A DNA stretch of 64,000 bases from Candidatus Dadabacteria bacterium (GCA_963805855.1 CAWDVW010000007.1:480001-544000); one strand, 5' to 3'. Positions 28,238 to 40,942 are shown, counted from the first letter of the stretch. The notes: a model not told the origin generated them from the letters alone. Program-made: numbers and translations.

Positions 28238-28621
28238 TCACACCACCGAGATTATCCAGACCAGGATAGCGGAAACCACGACCCATGCAACAAAATTCGC
28301 CCCCGATATCAGAAATGAAGGTATTCGCTCCTCTCCAATCCTTAAGACCATTATCTTTGGAGTAAGTTTAAACCAAGTAATACTGTGATACACAGCGAAA
28401 ATGAAGGCAATTATGTGGAGTATTATCGATAGAGGCGACTTCAATGCTTCGATCACTCCGTAATAGGCATCTGGACCCTGGGAGAGCTTATGTATGAAAT
28501 ACACCAGAAAAACGCAATACCCGGCAACAAAAATTGAGGTGAATTCTCTAACCATAAATAAGAAATAAGGGCGCCTACTCAACCACCAGGTATTTGGGTA
28601 CTGACGAACATAGGGATTCAT
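28238..28621 (-). CDS. frdC: Fumarate reductase membrane anchor subunit C
   Basis: PYVR...WWL...[22 protein letters not shown] at 28621 overlaps the frdB stop (ATGA). Confidence 0.88.
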   Translation of the reverse strand: MNPYVRQYPNTWWLSRRPYFLFMVREFTSIFVAGYCVFLVYFIHKLSQGPDAYYGVIEALKSPLSIILHIIAFIFAVYHSITWFKLTPKIMVLRIGEERIPSFLISGANFVAWVVVSAILVWIISVV

Positions 28622-29376
28622 TTGCTCTTCCCTCCCCAAGGAACTATCACATTCTTAAAATAATCGATTGTTCCCGACACCTTACCCCTCTGAATAGCCG
28701 CGGCAGGATCGACGTCCTTCGGGCAAACCTCTGAGCATTCGCCAACGAAGGTGCATTCCCATACCCCTTCGTTACTCGCGATGACTTCCTGTCTTTTTTC
28801 GCGGCCCTGATCGCGAGAATCCATGTTATATCGCTGTGCCAGGGCAATTGCTGCTGGGCCAATAAACGAGTTATCTATAGCGTAAACAGGGCAGGCAGCG
28901 TAACAAAGCATGCAATTGATACACATAGAGTACTGCTTGTAGGCAGCCAGTTCAGCGGGTGTTTGCAGGTATTCTCCTTCTTCTAGTGATTTTTCCTCTC
29001 CCTCCTTCCGAATGATCCAAGGCTTGATTTCTTCCAATTTATTTATGAAGTCGTCCATTACGATGACTAAATCCCTCTGAATAGGAAATCCGTTCAGTGG
29101 TTCAACTCTAATCTTTTCGGGATAATAATCTTTAAGAAACGCAGCACAGGTGAGTTTTGGTACACCGTTAACCATCATTCCACAACTCCCACATACACCC
29201 ATTCTACATGACCAACGGTATGATAACGTCCCATCTATATTATCCTTTATGTGATTAATAGCATCTAAAACGACCCACTCCTTCTTGAAGGGTATCACAT
29301 AGGTTTGAAAAGAAGGCTTTTGGTCCTGCTCCGGTCGATAGCGTAGAATCTCCAATTCCATAGTCTTCTCTGTCAT
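28618..29376 (-). CDS. frdB: Fumarate reductase iron-sulfur subunit
   Basis: [35 protein letters not shown]. Confidence 0.95.
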   Translation of the reverse strand: MTEKTMELEILRYRPEQDQKPSFQTYVIPFKKEWVVLDAINHIKDNIDGTLSYRWSCRMGVCGSCGMMVNGVPKLTCAAFLKDYYPEKIRVEPLNGFPIQRDLVIVMDDFINKLEEIKPWIIRKEGEEKSLEEGEYLQTPAELAAYKQYSMCINCMLCYAACPVYAIDNSFIGPAAIALAQRYNMDSRDQGREKRQEVIASNEGVWECTFVGECSEVCPKDVDPAAAIQRGKVSGTIDYFKNVIVPWGGKSK

Positions 29377-29379
29377 TTA

Positions 29380-31131
29380 TTATCTCCCATAAACTCGCTC
29401 TTCGGGGGGCCAGCTCGTGATTACTACATCTTTATACTCTATCTTTGGCCCGTCAGGCGTCCGCAATGCGAGAGAATGCTTCAGGAATTCCTTGTCATTC
29501 CGGTCTGGGAAATCGGTTCGCTGATGCGAACCACGGCTTTCTGTCCGCGCGAGCGCACTGTGAGCTAGAGCCTGCGCGACATCTATCATGAAATCCAACT
29601 CAAGCGCCGAAGCAAGTTCTGTATTAAATGTGAGACTCCTATCTTCAATTACTATATTACCGAATCGACCGCGGAGTTCAGCCAAGGTGTCACACGTATC
29701 TTTTAAGCTATTCTCAGACCTATAAATGCCTGCGCCCGTCTCCATGGCCTTGGTCATTTCCTGCCTCAGATCTGCTATGCGTTCTGTGCCGCCTTGCTTA
29801 CCGGTGAAGTTATTTTTAATTCTTGTCAGCTCATCTGCGCCCTGTTTCTTCAGCGAATCCATGTTTATTTCGGTGTTTTCCATCGCAAATCTAGCCGCCG
29901 ACCTGCCCGCCCTAGCTCCGAACACGAGAAGTTCGGTGAGAGAGTTTGAACCCAGCCTGTTAGCGCCGTTGATTGAAACACATGCAACCTCTCCTGCCGC
30001 GAATAGTCCCGGCAAACCGGTTGCACCGTCATTATCAGTATCTATACCACCCATGCAGTAATGGACCACAGGGCGTACAGGTATGGGATCGTACACGGGG
30101 TCTATTCCAGCATATTTAGAAGCGAGCTCGCGCACGAATGGTATTTTCTTATTTATTTTTTTCTCACCAAGGTGTCTTACATCCAGTTGAACATAGTGAC
30201 CGAATTCACCAGTGAATGTCCTGCCCTTGTCAACCTCTTTCATGAAAGCCTGGCTAAGTCGATCTCGAGGTCCGAGCTCCATACTCTTTTTCACGGGATG
30301 GTCGGGGTCAGAAACATCTAAGGGTTTACCCAGATCGTAGTCCTGAAGATATCTATAGCCGTCCTTGTTTACCATTATCCCACCCTCTCCGCGAGCGGCT
30401 TCCGTGATTAAGATTCCAGTTCCAGGAAGACCCGTTGGGTGATATTGTACAAATTCCATATCCTTTAAAGCTACCCCAGCACGATATGCTAAAGCCATTC
30501 CATCTCCAGTTTTAATCGCTCCGTTGGTTGTAAACGGAAATACTCGACCGGCCCCGCCCGTGCATATTATCACCGCCCTAGCGGCGATTACCTCAACATT
30601 GCCAGTCCTCAATTCCAATGCTGTTATCCCCTGGCATCTACCGCTTTCAACCAGAATATTTGTTGCAAACCACTCATCGTATGAAGTTAAGTTTCCATAT
30701 TTCAAGGAGGTCTGATACAGTGTGTGGAGCATATGAAAGCCCGTCTTGTCAGCGGCAAACCATGTGCGTTCAATTTTCATACCGCCAAAAGGTCGAACAG
30801 CAACCTTCCCATTCGGCTCTCTACTCCAAGGGCAACCCCAATGTTCAATTTGTATCAGTTCTTCAGGGGCTTCCTTAATAAAAATCTCGACAGCATCCTG
30901 ATCAGCGAGCCAGTCACTTCCAGCTACAGTATCTTTAAAATGGTTTTCCATGCTGTCATTATCCTTAATTACGGCAGCAGCCCCGCCCTCGGCGGACACA
31001 GTATGGCTTCGCATAGGATAAACCTTGCTTATCATTCCGACGCTGAATTTTGGGTTTTCCTCGGCAACGGCTATAGCAGCGCGTAATCCAGCCCCACCAC
31101 CTCCGACAATGATAACATCATGTACCGGCAT
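29380..31131 (-). CDS. frdA: Fumarate reductase / succinate dehydrogenase flavoprotein subunit
   Basis: [17 protein letters not shown] (covalent FAD His), [28 protein letters not shown]. Confidence 0.95.
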   Translation of the reverse strand: MPVHDVIIVGGGGAGLRAAIAVAEENPKFSVGMISKVYPMRSHTVSAEGGAAAVIKDNDSMENHFKDTVAGSDWLADQDAVEIFIKEAPEELIQIEHWGCPWSREPNGKVAVRPFGGMKIERTWFAADKTGFHMLHTLYQTSLKYGNLTSYDEWFATNILVESGRCQGITALELRTGNVEVIAARAVIICTGGAGRVFPFTTNGAIKTGDGMALAYRAGVALKDMEFVQYHPTGLPGTGILITEAARGEGGIMVNKDGYRYLQDYDLGKPLDVSDPDHPVKKSMELGPRDRLSQAFMKEVDKGRTFTGEFGHYVQLDVRHLGEKKINKKIPFVRELASKYAGIDPVYDPIPVRPVVHYCMGGIDTDNDGATGLPGLFAAGEVACVSINGANRLGSNSLTELLVFGARAGRSAARFAMENTEINMDSLKKQGADELTRIKNNFTGKQGGTERIADLRQEMTKAMETGAGIYRSENSLKDTCDTLAELRGRFGNIVIEDRSLTFNTELASALELDFMIDVAQALAHSALARTESRGSHQRTDFPDRNDKEFLKHSLALRTPDGPKIEYKDVVITSWPPEERVYGR

Positions 31132-31321
31132 TTAGAAAGTTCCTTTTCTTTGCAAATTATAGGGCATCGTTAATGAACATTTTTGATGAGCTAGAATCAA
31201 AAACCCTCGTGAAAACATCAAAACAAATTGTCGAATCTTGGTGTAACAACGGGTCATCTGATTACCGATCACTCGGGTGAGGAAGTATAATAATTTAATA
31301 TAGAAAGTCAAGATTATTTAA

Positions 31322-31507
31322 AGAGGTACAATAAAAAAGTAACTCAATTTGTATCAAGAAATTTGTCACTTAAATCTTATATATCTCCTTCCAAAAAAGG
31401 TGGATGACAACGATATTAAGGCAAAATATGAAGAAGGGGTTATCGAATTAATTATTCCAAAAACCGGGCAACCAAAGCCACAGAATATAAAAATCGAAAC
31501 TGTGTAA
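31322..31507 (+). pseudogene. Degenerate Hsp20/alpha-crystallin gene fragment (C-terminal half only)
   Basis: Hand translation: RGTIKK*LNLYQEICHLNLIYLLPKKVDDNDIKAKYEEGVIELIIPKTGQPKPQNIKIETV*. It matches the LP..VD...IKA.Y..GV..I.IPK signature and the C-terminal IxI motif; there is an in-frame stop at 31340-31342. Confidence 0.7.
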
Positions 31508-31562
31508 TTTAAGAACAAGCTACTCTTCGAATTGATAAATACACTGTATAGCCTTGCCACTA

Positions 31563-32168
31563 TTAATCCCTGCTAATTACAGTTATGTCTTTTCTGGAGC
31601 GCTCATGATAAGGCTTTTTTAGGTGTCGTGAGTAGTGTTCCAACATCCATAACTCTGGAATAATTTCGCCAATGATATCACCATCGTCAAATACTCTGAC
31701 GATCGAGCTTTCAGAGACCACTACAGCCACAGTATTAGTGTGTTTAGTAATCGAAGCAGCTGCCATATGACGACTACCCAATCCCAGAGGCAAGTCAATT
31801 CCCCTAGAAGATGCGTTAATATATCTGCACGCAGAGATAACCACCCCGTCATCCGCAACTATAAAGGCCCCATCTAGCTGAGATAACTCCTTGACAGTCT
31901 CTCGCATGTTGTAATCTTCTATATGTTTTACACTCGGAGGATGTCCAAAAAGAGGGTCAAGGATTAAACACTTAGAATATCTAATTACCTTTTCGGAATC
32001 AGATACGGTGAACATTGTGCCAACCTTTCTACCTTCCCTCCCCTCACGAGCAATCTCGATGGCTAAAAGAACGACTTTCTCAAGGGTATTAAGATTTATA
32101 TTTCTCTTCCCTGAGCATATCCCAGATAAAAACTCCTTGGATGATGTTAAGTTGCCTTCTAAGGTCAT
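31563..32168 (-). CDS. Standalone diadenylate cyclase (DisA_N/DAC domain, DacZ-like)
   Basis: EIAREGREGRKVGTMF, ELSQLDGAF (DGA motif), GLGSRHMAAASIT (RHx motif), VVVSES. Confidence 0.88.
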   Translation of the reverse strand: MTLEGNLTSSKEFLSGICSGKRNINLNTLEKVVLLAIEIAREGREGRKVGTMFTVSDSEKVIRYSKCLILDPLFGHPPSVKHIEDYNMRETVKELSQLDGAFIVADDGVVISACRYINASSRGIDLPLGLGSRHMAAASITKHTNTVAVVVSESSIVRVFDDGDIIGEIIPELWMLEHYSRHLKKPYHERSRKDITVISRD

Positions 32169-32434
32169 CGTTCCTGTTTACGTAAGGTAGCTTATACAAC
32201 TAATTTAAATCATAGTTTAATAAAATAAAGAGCTTAACGAGACAGCATTTTATCTTCTAGGCCCAGCGAATACTTAAGATTGATAATCCAATACCGATTG
32301 CCGTCAGTTTTAAAACTATAAATAGCCTAAATTATCCAAGAGGGGGGCAAAAGTCGAGAATCAGATCATGCAGTCATGATCGGACGTTAAATTTGGACTC
32401 CACTTTCTCGAAGCCTATTCCTATAATCCAGTAT

Positions 32435-33379
<945 letters not shown>

Positions 33380-33465
33380 TCACCGCCACTAATTGATTTC
33401 ATTACCAAGTTAGTTCCCATGACAAAATTACCTATATAAGTTTTATACCCGATTAAATCCCGAAT

Positions 33466-34713
33466 TCAAACCTGATCCATGTTTTCTACAATCTTCTCAC
33501 CAAACTCTGAACACTTAAGAAGGGTTGCGCCTTCGATCTGCCTATGGAGATCGTATGTTACGGTTTTGTCCATGATTGTTTTCTCCAAAGCTCTGACAAT
33601 CAGATCCGCAGCATCTTTCCAACCAAGATACTGCAGCATCATCACACCAGAGAGAATCACGGAGCCAGGATTTACCTTATCTTGGCCGGCATATTTGGGT
33701 GCGGTTCCATGCGTTGCTTCAAATACTGCATTGGGATCCCCTATATTCCCCCCGGGTGCCATACCCAAACCTCCGACCTGCGCCGCGGAAGCGTCGGAGA
33801 GGTAATCTCCATTTAGGTTTGGTGTTGTTACTATATCGTACTCATCCGTTCTTGTCAGGATCTGCTGAAACATGCTGTCAGCAATCCTGTCTTTAATGAC
33901 AATCTTACTATCTGGCATCTTTCCGCCGTGCTTTTCCCAGAGTTCGTCTTCGGTAATGGTCACATCACCAAACTCGTCTTTTGCCAATTCATATGCCCAA
34001 TCCCTGAAGGCACCTTCAGTAAACTTCATAATATTGCCTTTATGCATCAATGTTACGCTTCTTCTATCATACTTGATTGCGTATTGTATGGCTTTTCTTA
34101 CAAGTCTCTTCGTACCAAATGGACTTATCGGCTTAATACCAATTCCTGAGCCGGGTCTTACAGTTACATTCAGGCTTTTACTCAGAAAATCAATTAGCTT
34201 ATTTGCTTCTTCTGAATCACTCTGCCATTCGATGCCAGCATAAAGATCCTCGGTGTTTTCACGGAATATTACTAGATCCATCAATTCTGGTCTTTTAACT
34301 GGCGAGGGCGTACCCTTAAAATATCTGACCGGTCGGACACACGCATACAGGTCAAGCTGCTGTCTGAGGGCAACGTTTAAGCTACGAATACCTCCACCTA
34401 CCGGTGTGGTCAGGGGCCCCTTGATTGCAACGATATACTTTTTTACGCTTTCTAGGGTTTCTGTAGGAAGCCAGTTGCCGGTTTCGACAAATGCTTTCTC
34501 TCCTGCCAGAACTTCATGCCATACAATCTTTTTCCTACCATCGTATGCCTTTTTTACGGCGGCATCGAAAACGATCTCAGAAGCATGCCAGATATCTGGG
34601 CCAGTCCCATCACCCTCAATATAGGGAATAATAGGGTTATCGGGTACAATAAGACTTCCATCGTCCTTCTTGATTTCTATTCTTTGTCCTTCATTTAAAT
34701 TTGTAGCTGTCAT
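33466..34713 (-). CDS. icd: NADP-dependent isocitrate dehydrogenase
   Basis: [51 protein letters not shown]. Confidence 0.97.
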   Translation of the reverse strand: MTATNLNEGQRIEIKKDDGSLIVPDNPIIPYIEGDGTGPDIWHASEIVFDAAVKKAYDGRKKIVWHEVLAGEKAFVETGNWLPTETLESVKKYIVAIKGPLTTPVGGGIRSLNVALRQQLDLYACVRPVRYFKGTPSPVKRPELMDLVIFRENTEDLYAGIEWQSDSEEANKLIDFLSKSLNVTVRPGSGIGIKPISPFGTKRLVRKAIQYAIKYDRRSVTLMHKGNIMKFTEGAFRDWAYELAKDEFGDVTITEDELWEKHGGKMPDSKIVIKDRIADSMFQQILTRTDEYDIVTTPNLNGDYLSDASAAQVGGLGMAPGGNIGDPNAVFEATHGTAPKYAGQDKVNPGSVILSGVMMLQYLGWKDAADLIVRALEKTIMDKTVTYDLHRQIEGATLLKCSEFGEKIVENMDQV

Positions 34714-34787
34714 GGTAAGAGCTCCTCATAATCATAGATAATCAGAAGTGAAAATCTATATTAAAATAAATTTATTTCAACATTAGC

Positions 34788-37475
34788 TCATATCATTTGC
34801 CTGAGAACAGTCTGCAATATCCCACCGTTACGGTAGTATTCTACTTCAATTGGCCCGTCTAAGCGGCATACTACCTTAAATGTTTTCACGCTTCCATTCC
34901 CATTACGAACTCTAACTGTGATATCCTTACCAGGCGACAGGCCCTCGGAAATTCCAACTATATCATAATCTTCAAAGCCAGAAAGTTGATGCGTCTCCCG
35001 TGATTCTCCCGGCTTAAACTGAAGTGGTAGTACCCCCATACCAATTAAATTGCTTCTATGGATCCGTTCGTAACTTTCCGCAATTACAGCTTTAATACCA
35101 AGAAGCGCCGTGCCCTTAGCAGCCCAGTCGCGCGAGCTGCCAGTACCATATTCTTTTCCACCTATTACTATAAGCGGTGTGCCTTCTTCCTGATATTTCT
35201 CAGAAGCATCATATATGTTCATCTTCTCGCCCGTTGGTACGTGGATTGTCCATCCACCTTCGACTCCCGGAACCAGCAGGTTTCTTAATCTGATGTTGGC
35301 AAATGTGCCACGAATCATGACCTCATGGTTACCTCGGCGAGATCCAAAGCTATTAAAGTCAGGTGGTTTAACGCCGTGTTCAATTAAGAATTTCCCCGCA
35401 GGACCATCTTTCGGTATAGACCCGGCCGGCGAAATGTGGTCAGTAGTAACCGAATCTCCCAGAAGTGCCAGCACCTTCGCAGACTTTATGTCACCGAGCT
35501 TTGGCAATTCACTTGAGAAATCAAAAAAGTACGGGGGCTCCTGTATATAAGTTGATTCAGCGTCCCAGCTGTATAGTCCTCCCTCTGGAGTAGATAAGGA
35601 TTTCCAAGTGCTATCACCCTCGAAGACATGTGAGTATTGAGCTCTAAAGAGCTCAGGATTGAGTGCCCTTTCAACGGTGCTTCTAATTTCCTCTTGTGAC
35701 GGCCAAACATCCTTCAAGTAAACTAGATTCTTATCTCGATCATACCCGATAGGGTCATTATAAACATCTATGTCAACCGTTCCAGCAAGCGCGAATGCTA
35801 CCACAAGCGGCGGTGAAGCAAGGTATGAAAATTTTACAAATGGATGAATTCTCCCCTCAAAATTCCTGTTACCACTTAGAACGGCCACACATGTGAGATC
35901 ATGAGTTTTTATTGCTTGCTCTACTGCTTCGGGAAGTGGTCCGCTATTTCCAATGCAGGTAGTGCAACCGTAACCTACGAGGTTAAAACCCAACTTCTCC
36001 AGGTAAGGAGTCAGTCCTGAAGCTTCGAGATAGTCCGTAACGACCCTCGATCCGGGGGCAAGACTTGTCTTAACTGTCGGTTTAACATTCATACCACGAT
36101 CGACAGCCTTTTTTGCAACCAAACCAGCAGCGACCATTACCGCGGGATTCGAGGTGTTTGTACAGCTTGTAATGGCTGAAATAACAACCGAGCCATTGGA
36201 TAACTGATGCCTTCCATCCGCGATCTCGACCTCAACACTTTTATCAATTTTACCACTATCATCACCCAATCTTGCCTTTAAACTATTCCGATAAGCCTGC
36301 TTTAGACTCTTAAGCGAGACTCGATCCTGAGGTCTTGTTGGTCCTGCTAGTGATGGCTCAATGGTAGAGATATCGAGTTCTATCAGATCGCTATAGAGAG
36401 GTTCATCCATATCATCTGTCCTGAACAAGCCCTGTTCTTTACTATAGATTTCTACAAGCTCGACAAGTTGCCTGTCTCGCCCTGTCATCTTCAAATACCT
36501 GAGAGTTTCTACATCCACAGGGAAAAATCCCATTGTTGCACCGTATTCAGGTGCCATATTCGATATTGTTGCCTTATCCGACAGGCTCAAGTGGCTTAGA
36601 CCAGGACCGAAAAATTCTACAAATTTTCCCACTACACCCCTTTTCCTGAGCAATTCTGTCACCGTCAGCACTAGGTCCGTAGCAGTTACTCCTTGCGGCA
36701 AAAAGCCATTTAGTTTGAATCCCACAACCTCGGGAATAAGCATATAAAGCGGTTGCCCCAACATACACGCCTCTGCCTCTATGCCGCCTACTCCCCACCC
36801 GAGAACGCTCAATCCATTGATCATGGTTGTGTGGGAATCGGTACCAACAAGAGTATCCGGAAATGCTACGGTTTCTCCATTAATCTCACTCGTGCCTACA
36901 ACGCTTGCAAGGCATTCTAGATTAACTTGATGAACGATACCAGTACCCGGAGGCACAACGCGGAAATTATCAAATGCACTCTGAGCCCATCTAAGAAAAG
37001 CGTATCTCTCTCGGTTTCTTTTGTACTCGATCTCCACATTTCTTGAAAAAGAGTCCGGGGTAGCAGAGAAATCTACTTGGACCGAGTGATCAATGACAAG
37101 ATCGACAGGAACGATTGGATTGATTCTGCCCGGATCACCACCCACCTTTTTCACGACCGATCGCATCGCAGCAAGGTCAACAACACAAGGCACACCTGTA
37201 AAATCCTGCAGGATTACACGACCGGGCTTAAACGGTATTTCGTCGGGTTTGTGTTCTTCAGGACTCCAAGTTGAAAGACTATGTATATGATCAGAATTTA
37301 CCGTGCTTCCATCAAAGTTACGAATTAAATTTTCTATGAGTATCTTAATTGAAAAAGGCAACCTCGATATGTTGATTCCCCAATTTCTTTCAAGAAGCTC
37401 GAGAGAGTAGAACGTGACTGTTCCCTGAGTCGTCTTAAATTTTGAATATGTTCCTTGTTTCCAATCTTCACTCAA
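34788..37475 (-). CDS. acnA: Aconitate hydratase AcnA
   Basis: QDFTGVP, DHSVQVD, GTDSHT, ITSCTNTSNP, CTTCIGNSG, GSSRDWAAKG; TTG start. Confidence 0.97.
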   Translation of the reverse strand: MSEDWKQGTYSKFKTTQGTVTFYSLELLERNWGINISRLPFSIKILIENLIRNFDGSTVNSDHIHSLSTWSPEEHKPDEIPFKPGRVILQDFTGVPCVVDLAAMRSVVKKVGGDPGRINPIVPVDLVIDHSVQVDFSATPDSFSRNVEIEYKRNRERYAFLRWAQSAFDNFRVVPPGTGIVHQVNLECLASVVGTSEINGETVAFPDTLVGTDSHTTMINGLSVLGWGVGGIEAEACMLGQPLYMLIPEVVGFKLNGFLPQGVTATDLVLTVTELLRKRGVVGKFVEFFGPGLSHLSLSDKATISNMAPEYGATMGFFPVDVETLRYLKMTGRDRQLVELVEIYSKEQGLFRTDDMDEPLYSDLIELDISTIEPSLAGPTRPQDRVSLKSLKQAYRNSLKARLGDDSGKIDKSVEVEIADGRHQLSNGSVVISAITSCTNTSNPAVMVAAGLVAKKAVDRGMNVKPTVKTSLAPGSRVVTDYLEASGLTPYLEKLGFNLVGYGCTTCIGNSGPLPEAVEQAIKTHDLTCVAVLSGNRNFEGRIHPFVKFSYLASPPLVVAFALAGTVDIDVYNDPIGYDRDKNLVYLKDVWPSQEEIRSTVERALNPELFRAQYSHVFEGDSTWKSLSTPEGGLYSWDAESTYIQEPPYFFDFSSELPKLGDIKSAKVLALLGDSVTTDHISPAGSIPKDGPAGKFLIEHGVKPPDFNSFGSRRGNHEVMIRGTFANIRLRNLLVPGVEGGWTIHVPTGEKMNIYDASEKYQEEGTPLIVIGGKEYGTGSSRDWAAKGTALLGIKAVIAESYERIHRSNLIGMGVLPLQFKPGESRETHQLSGFEDYDIVGISEGLSPGKDITVRVRNGNGSVKTFKVVCRLDGPIEVEYYRNGGILQTVLRQMI

Positions 37476-37761
37476 TTTGCTTTAACCATTTTAGATTATA
37501 TTGCCCCGATCACCGATCAGGAAATAAACGTAATTCTAAACGAATAAAAATTACTGGATTTTGCTAAATACTCAAATTATATGATTTAAGAATTCGTAAG
37601 GTTCAAATATAATTGCAAATTAATACTGAGTGTTACAAATAACCATGCACCATTTATTAAATCTGCCTTTAATACAATATTATGGAAAATGAAATTACCC
37701 AGAACTCCGGAGACCTTTACGGAATTGCCTCTCGTTCAGAACAGATTTAAGTTTTATTTTA

Positions 37762-39000
37762 TCATTCGAACCTTTTGAAAGCTAAACAGCCATTAGTGCC
37801 ACCGAAGCCGAAAGAGTTGCTGAGAGCATAATCGATCTTTTGTTCCCTTGCTTGATTGGGCACATAATCTAGGTCACAGTCAGGGTCCGGATTGTCTAAA
37901 TTAATTGTTGGCGGAATTATACCGTGATAAAGTGAAAGAACAGTGAAAGCCAATTCTATCGCCCCAGCAGCTCCAAGTAGATGACCGGTCATCGATTTCG
38001 TTGAACTAACCGGTACATTATAGGCGTGGCTTTTTAATACCTCTTTAATTGCTCGGGTCTCGTTTACATCATTTTGCGGTGTAGACGTGCCATGCGCATT
38101 TATATAATCTACATCTTCGGGGTTTAATTCCGCGTCATTAAGCGCAAGCCTCATGCATCTTATGGGACCGTCAAGTGTGGGTGACGTGATATGATTCGCG
38201 TCAGCGCTCATCCCAAACCCGATCAGCTCGGCATATATCCTCGCTCCACGCTTTTTTGCAGATTCAAGTTCCTCAAGAATTACAGTCCCGCCGCCCTCCG
38301 ACATCACAAATCCATCACGCTCCCTATCAAAAGGTCTGGATGCCCTATGCGGTTCGTCATTTCTCGTTGACAGTGCCCGCATCGCATTAAATCCAGCGAC
38401 AGCGATCGTTATTATAGGTGCTTCTGTCCCTCCTGCTATCATTATGTCTGCATCACCCCTTTCAATCATGTGTGCCGCATAGCCTATTGCATGAGCGCTT
38501 GCAGCGCATGCCGTTGTTGTACAACAATTTGGTCCTTTCGCATTAAAACGGATAGATACCAATCCCGCTGCCATATTTGAAATCATCGATGGAATAAAAA
38601 ACGGAGATATACGATTTGGTCCTTTTTCCAGGAGTACAAAATGAGTGTTAACAAGTGTCTCCATACCCCCAATTCCACTGGCTATAAGTGTTCCAACATG
38701 TGGAGATAGCTCCTCCGTGATCTCAAGATTTGCGTCGTCAAGCGCCAGTTTAGTTGAAGCTATTGCAAAGTGGATGAATCGATCTGCTTTTTTCAAATCC
38801 TTAGCATCCATAAAATCATTCGGGTCAAAATCCAGAACCTCACCAGCAATGTGTGTCTTCAAGTCAGCAGCTACTGGATCAAATTTTTGGATAGTTCGCA
38901 CACCCGATCGACCTTCACATATACCATCCCAGGTCAATTTGTTTCCAGTCCCCAATGGCGTTATCAAACCAATTCCAGTGACCGCAACCCTTCTTTTCAT
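37762..39000 (-). CDS. fabF: 3-oxoacyl-ACP synthase II
   Basis: TACAAS (Cys), NAHGTST, KSMTGHLLGAAG, NSFGFGG. Confidence 0.97.
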   Translation of the reverse strand: MKRRVAVTGIGLITPLGTGNKLTWDGICEGRSGVRTIQKFDPVAADLKTHIAGEVLDFDPNDFMDAKDLKKADRFIHFAIASTKLALDDANLEITEELSPHVGTLIASGIGGMETLVNTHFVLLEKGPNRISPFFIPSMISNMAAGLVSIRFNAKGPNCCTTTACAASAHAIGYAAHMIERGDADIMIAGGTEAPIITIAVAGFNAMRALSTRNDEPHRASRPFDRERDGFVMSEGGGTVILEELESAKKRGARIYAELIGFGMSADANHITSPTLDGPIRCMRLALNDAELNPEDVDYINAHGTSTPQNDVNETRAIKEVLKSHAYNVPVSSTKSMTGHLLGAAGAIELAFTVLSLYHGIIPPTINLDNPDPDCDLDYVPNQAREQKIDYALSNSFGFGGTNGCLAFKRFE

Positions 39001-39251
39001 TATTTTTTTCGCTCCATGATAAAATTGATGGCATCTTGGACAGTAACAATACTCTCAGCGTCTTCATCGGCTATTTCAAGCCCAAATTTGTCTTCCATTG
39101 ACATAATGAGTTCAACCAAATCTAGGGAATCTGCTCCTAAGTCCTCAATAAACGATGAGTCCGGAGTAATCTCATCCTCTGACTTACCAAGCTGGCTTGC
39201 TATCATTTTTTTTACTGCGCTCACTATTTCTTGGTCAACCTGAGTTGCCAT
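39000..39251 (-). CDS. acpP: Acyl carrier protein
   Basis: [14 protein letters not shown]. Confidence 0.97.
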   Translation of the reverse strand: MATQVDQEIVSAVKKMIASQLGKSEDEITPDSSFIEDLGADSLDLVELIMSMEDKFGLEIADEDAESIVTVQDAINFIMERKK

Positions 39252-39276
39252 ATTCTCATCCTCCTAAATATATATT

Positions 39277-40020
39277 TTATGTGTATAACCCGCCATTCAC
39301 TCTTATTACCTCACCAGTTATGTAAGACGCATCATCGGACGCCAGGAACATAACTGCCTTTGCTACGTCATGCGGTTTTCCAAATCTCCCAAGCGGAATA
39401 GCCTCGATGTAAGCGTCTTTTATCTTCTGCGAAAGATCTTGCGTTATATCGGTCTCGATGAATCCAGGACTTATCGCGTTTACGGTAATATTCCTTGATG
39501 CAAGCTCTTTAGCCGTTGATTTTGTGAGCCCAATTATGCCCGCCTTGGATGCTGAGTAATTGGTTTGTCCCACGTTACCCATCTCTCCAACGATAGATGT
39601 TATGTTTATAATCCTACCGTATCTCTGTTTCACCATTATTTTTGACGCCGCTTTTGTGCAATTAAAAACGCCTTTCAAATTAACCGAGAGAACTTCGTCC
39701 CAGTCATTTTCCTTCATTCTCAGTAAAAGTCCATCCTTGGTTATCCCCGCATTGTTTACCAGAATATGTAAGCCCCCAAGCTCTTCGGCGACTTTATCGA
39801 TTTCCTCTTGAACACGAGCGAAATCAGAAACATTGAAACAACTTAGTTTACACTTTCCTCCAGAATTTACTATATTATTTGATACTTCTTCCGCTGCCGA
39901 CACGCTTCGGTGATAATTTATCACCACATAAGCACCTTGTGATGAAAGTTCAAGAGCAATCGCCCTACCAATTCCTCTGGAAGCACCGGTAATTAGAGCA
40001 ATCTTATTATCAAAAATCAT
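39277..40020 (-). CDS. fabG: 3-oxoacyl-ACP reductase
   Basis: TGASRGIG, NNAGITKD, YSASK, PGFIETD. Confidence 0.96.
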   Translation of the reverse strand: MIFDNKIALITGASRGIGRAIALELSSQGAYVVINYHRSVSAAEEVSNNIVNSGGKCKLSCFNVSDFARVQEEIDKVAEELGGLHILVNNAGITKDGLLLRMKENDWDEVLSVNLKGVFNCTKAASKIMVKQRYGRIINITSIVGEMGNVGQTNYSASKAGIIGLTKSTAKELASRNITVNAISPGFIETDITQDLSQKIKDAYIEAIPLGRFGKPHDVAKAVMFLASDDASYITGEVIRVNGGLYT

Positions 40021-40942
40021 TTTCTCTTAACAACTTTAAGCTACTTATATTTTCCACATTTAATACAACCGGATCTGGAATTGATCTTTTAATTAAACCG
40101 GAGAGTGTTTTCCCTGGGCCTATCTCTAAAAATTTCCTTACGCCTATATCGTATAACAGCTCAATCGATTCATACCATTTTACAGGACTTTTAACTTGAT
40201 CAACAAGTATACCTTTTGTCTTTAACGGGTCGGTATTTAGTTTAGCATCAACATTAGTAACAACCGGTATTTTATATCTCGAAATATCGATTTTTTCTAA
40301 ATCTATACCGAGTTTTTCCGCTGCGGGGGCCATGAGTGGACAATGAAAAGGAGCACTTACTTCAAGTGGAATCACCCTTTTTGCCCCATTCGATCTCGCT
40401 ATGTCGGTAGCCCTGTCAACAGCTTCTTTATTGCCAGAAATCACTGTCTGGCTCGGGGCATTGAAATTAGCAGGAGTTACTATAAACCCATTGACAGAGG
40501 CCTCGCTACAGATTTTCTCCACCTCGTGCCTCTGGAGCCCTATGATGGCGGACATTGCGCCAACACCCAACGGGACCGCATTCTGCATATATTCCCCGCG
40601 TTTTCTTACAATCCATACAGCATCTCTAAAATCCATTGCTTCACTCGCAACAAGCGCGGTATATTCACCCAAACTATGTCCGGCAACATAATCCGCTTTT
40701 ATTTCTGTTTCCTCAGAAATCACTCTCAATGCAGCTACGCTAACTGTAACAATTGCCGGCTGAGCATTAATCGTATGTGTCAACTCCCCATAACGGTCTT
40801 CAAAACAGACCCTGCAAAGATCAACTCCCGTTACATCACTGGCCTCTTCAAATGTCGTTCGAGCAATTTTAAATGTGCTGTAGAGATCCTTCCCCATACC
40901 AACATATTGAGACCCTTGTCCAGGAAATACAAATGCTTTCAT
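40010..40942 (-). CDS. fabD: Malonyl-CoA:ACP transacylase
   Basis: FPGQGSQ, GHSLGEY, SAPFH, EIGPG; ATG at 40942. Confidence 0.96.
   Translation of the reverse strand: MKAFVFPGQGSQYVGMGKDLYSTFKIARTTFEEASDVTGVDLCRVCFEDRYGELTHTINAQPAIVTVSVAALRVISEETEIKADYVAGHSLGEYTALVASEAMDFRDAVWIVRKRGEYMQNAVPLGVGAMSAIIGLQRHEVEKICSEASVNGFIVTPANFNAPSQTVISGNKEAVDRATDIARSNGAKRVIPLEVSAPFHCPLMAPAAEKLGIDLEKIDISRYKIPVVTNVDAKLNTDPLKTKGILVDQVKSPVKWYESIELLYDIGVRKFLEIGPGKTLSGLIKRSIPDPVVLNVENISSLKLLRENDF

Noticed and set aside
31366-31560. Minus-strand 64-aa ORF
   Set aside because: Shadow of the plus-strand Hsp20 fragment.
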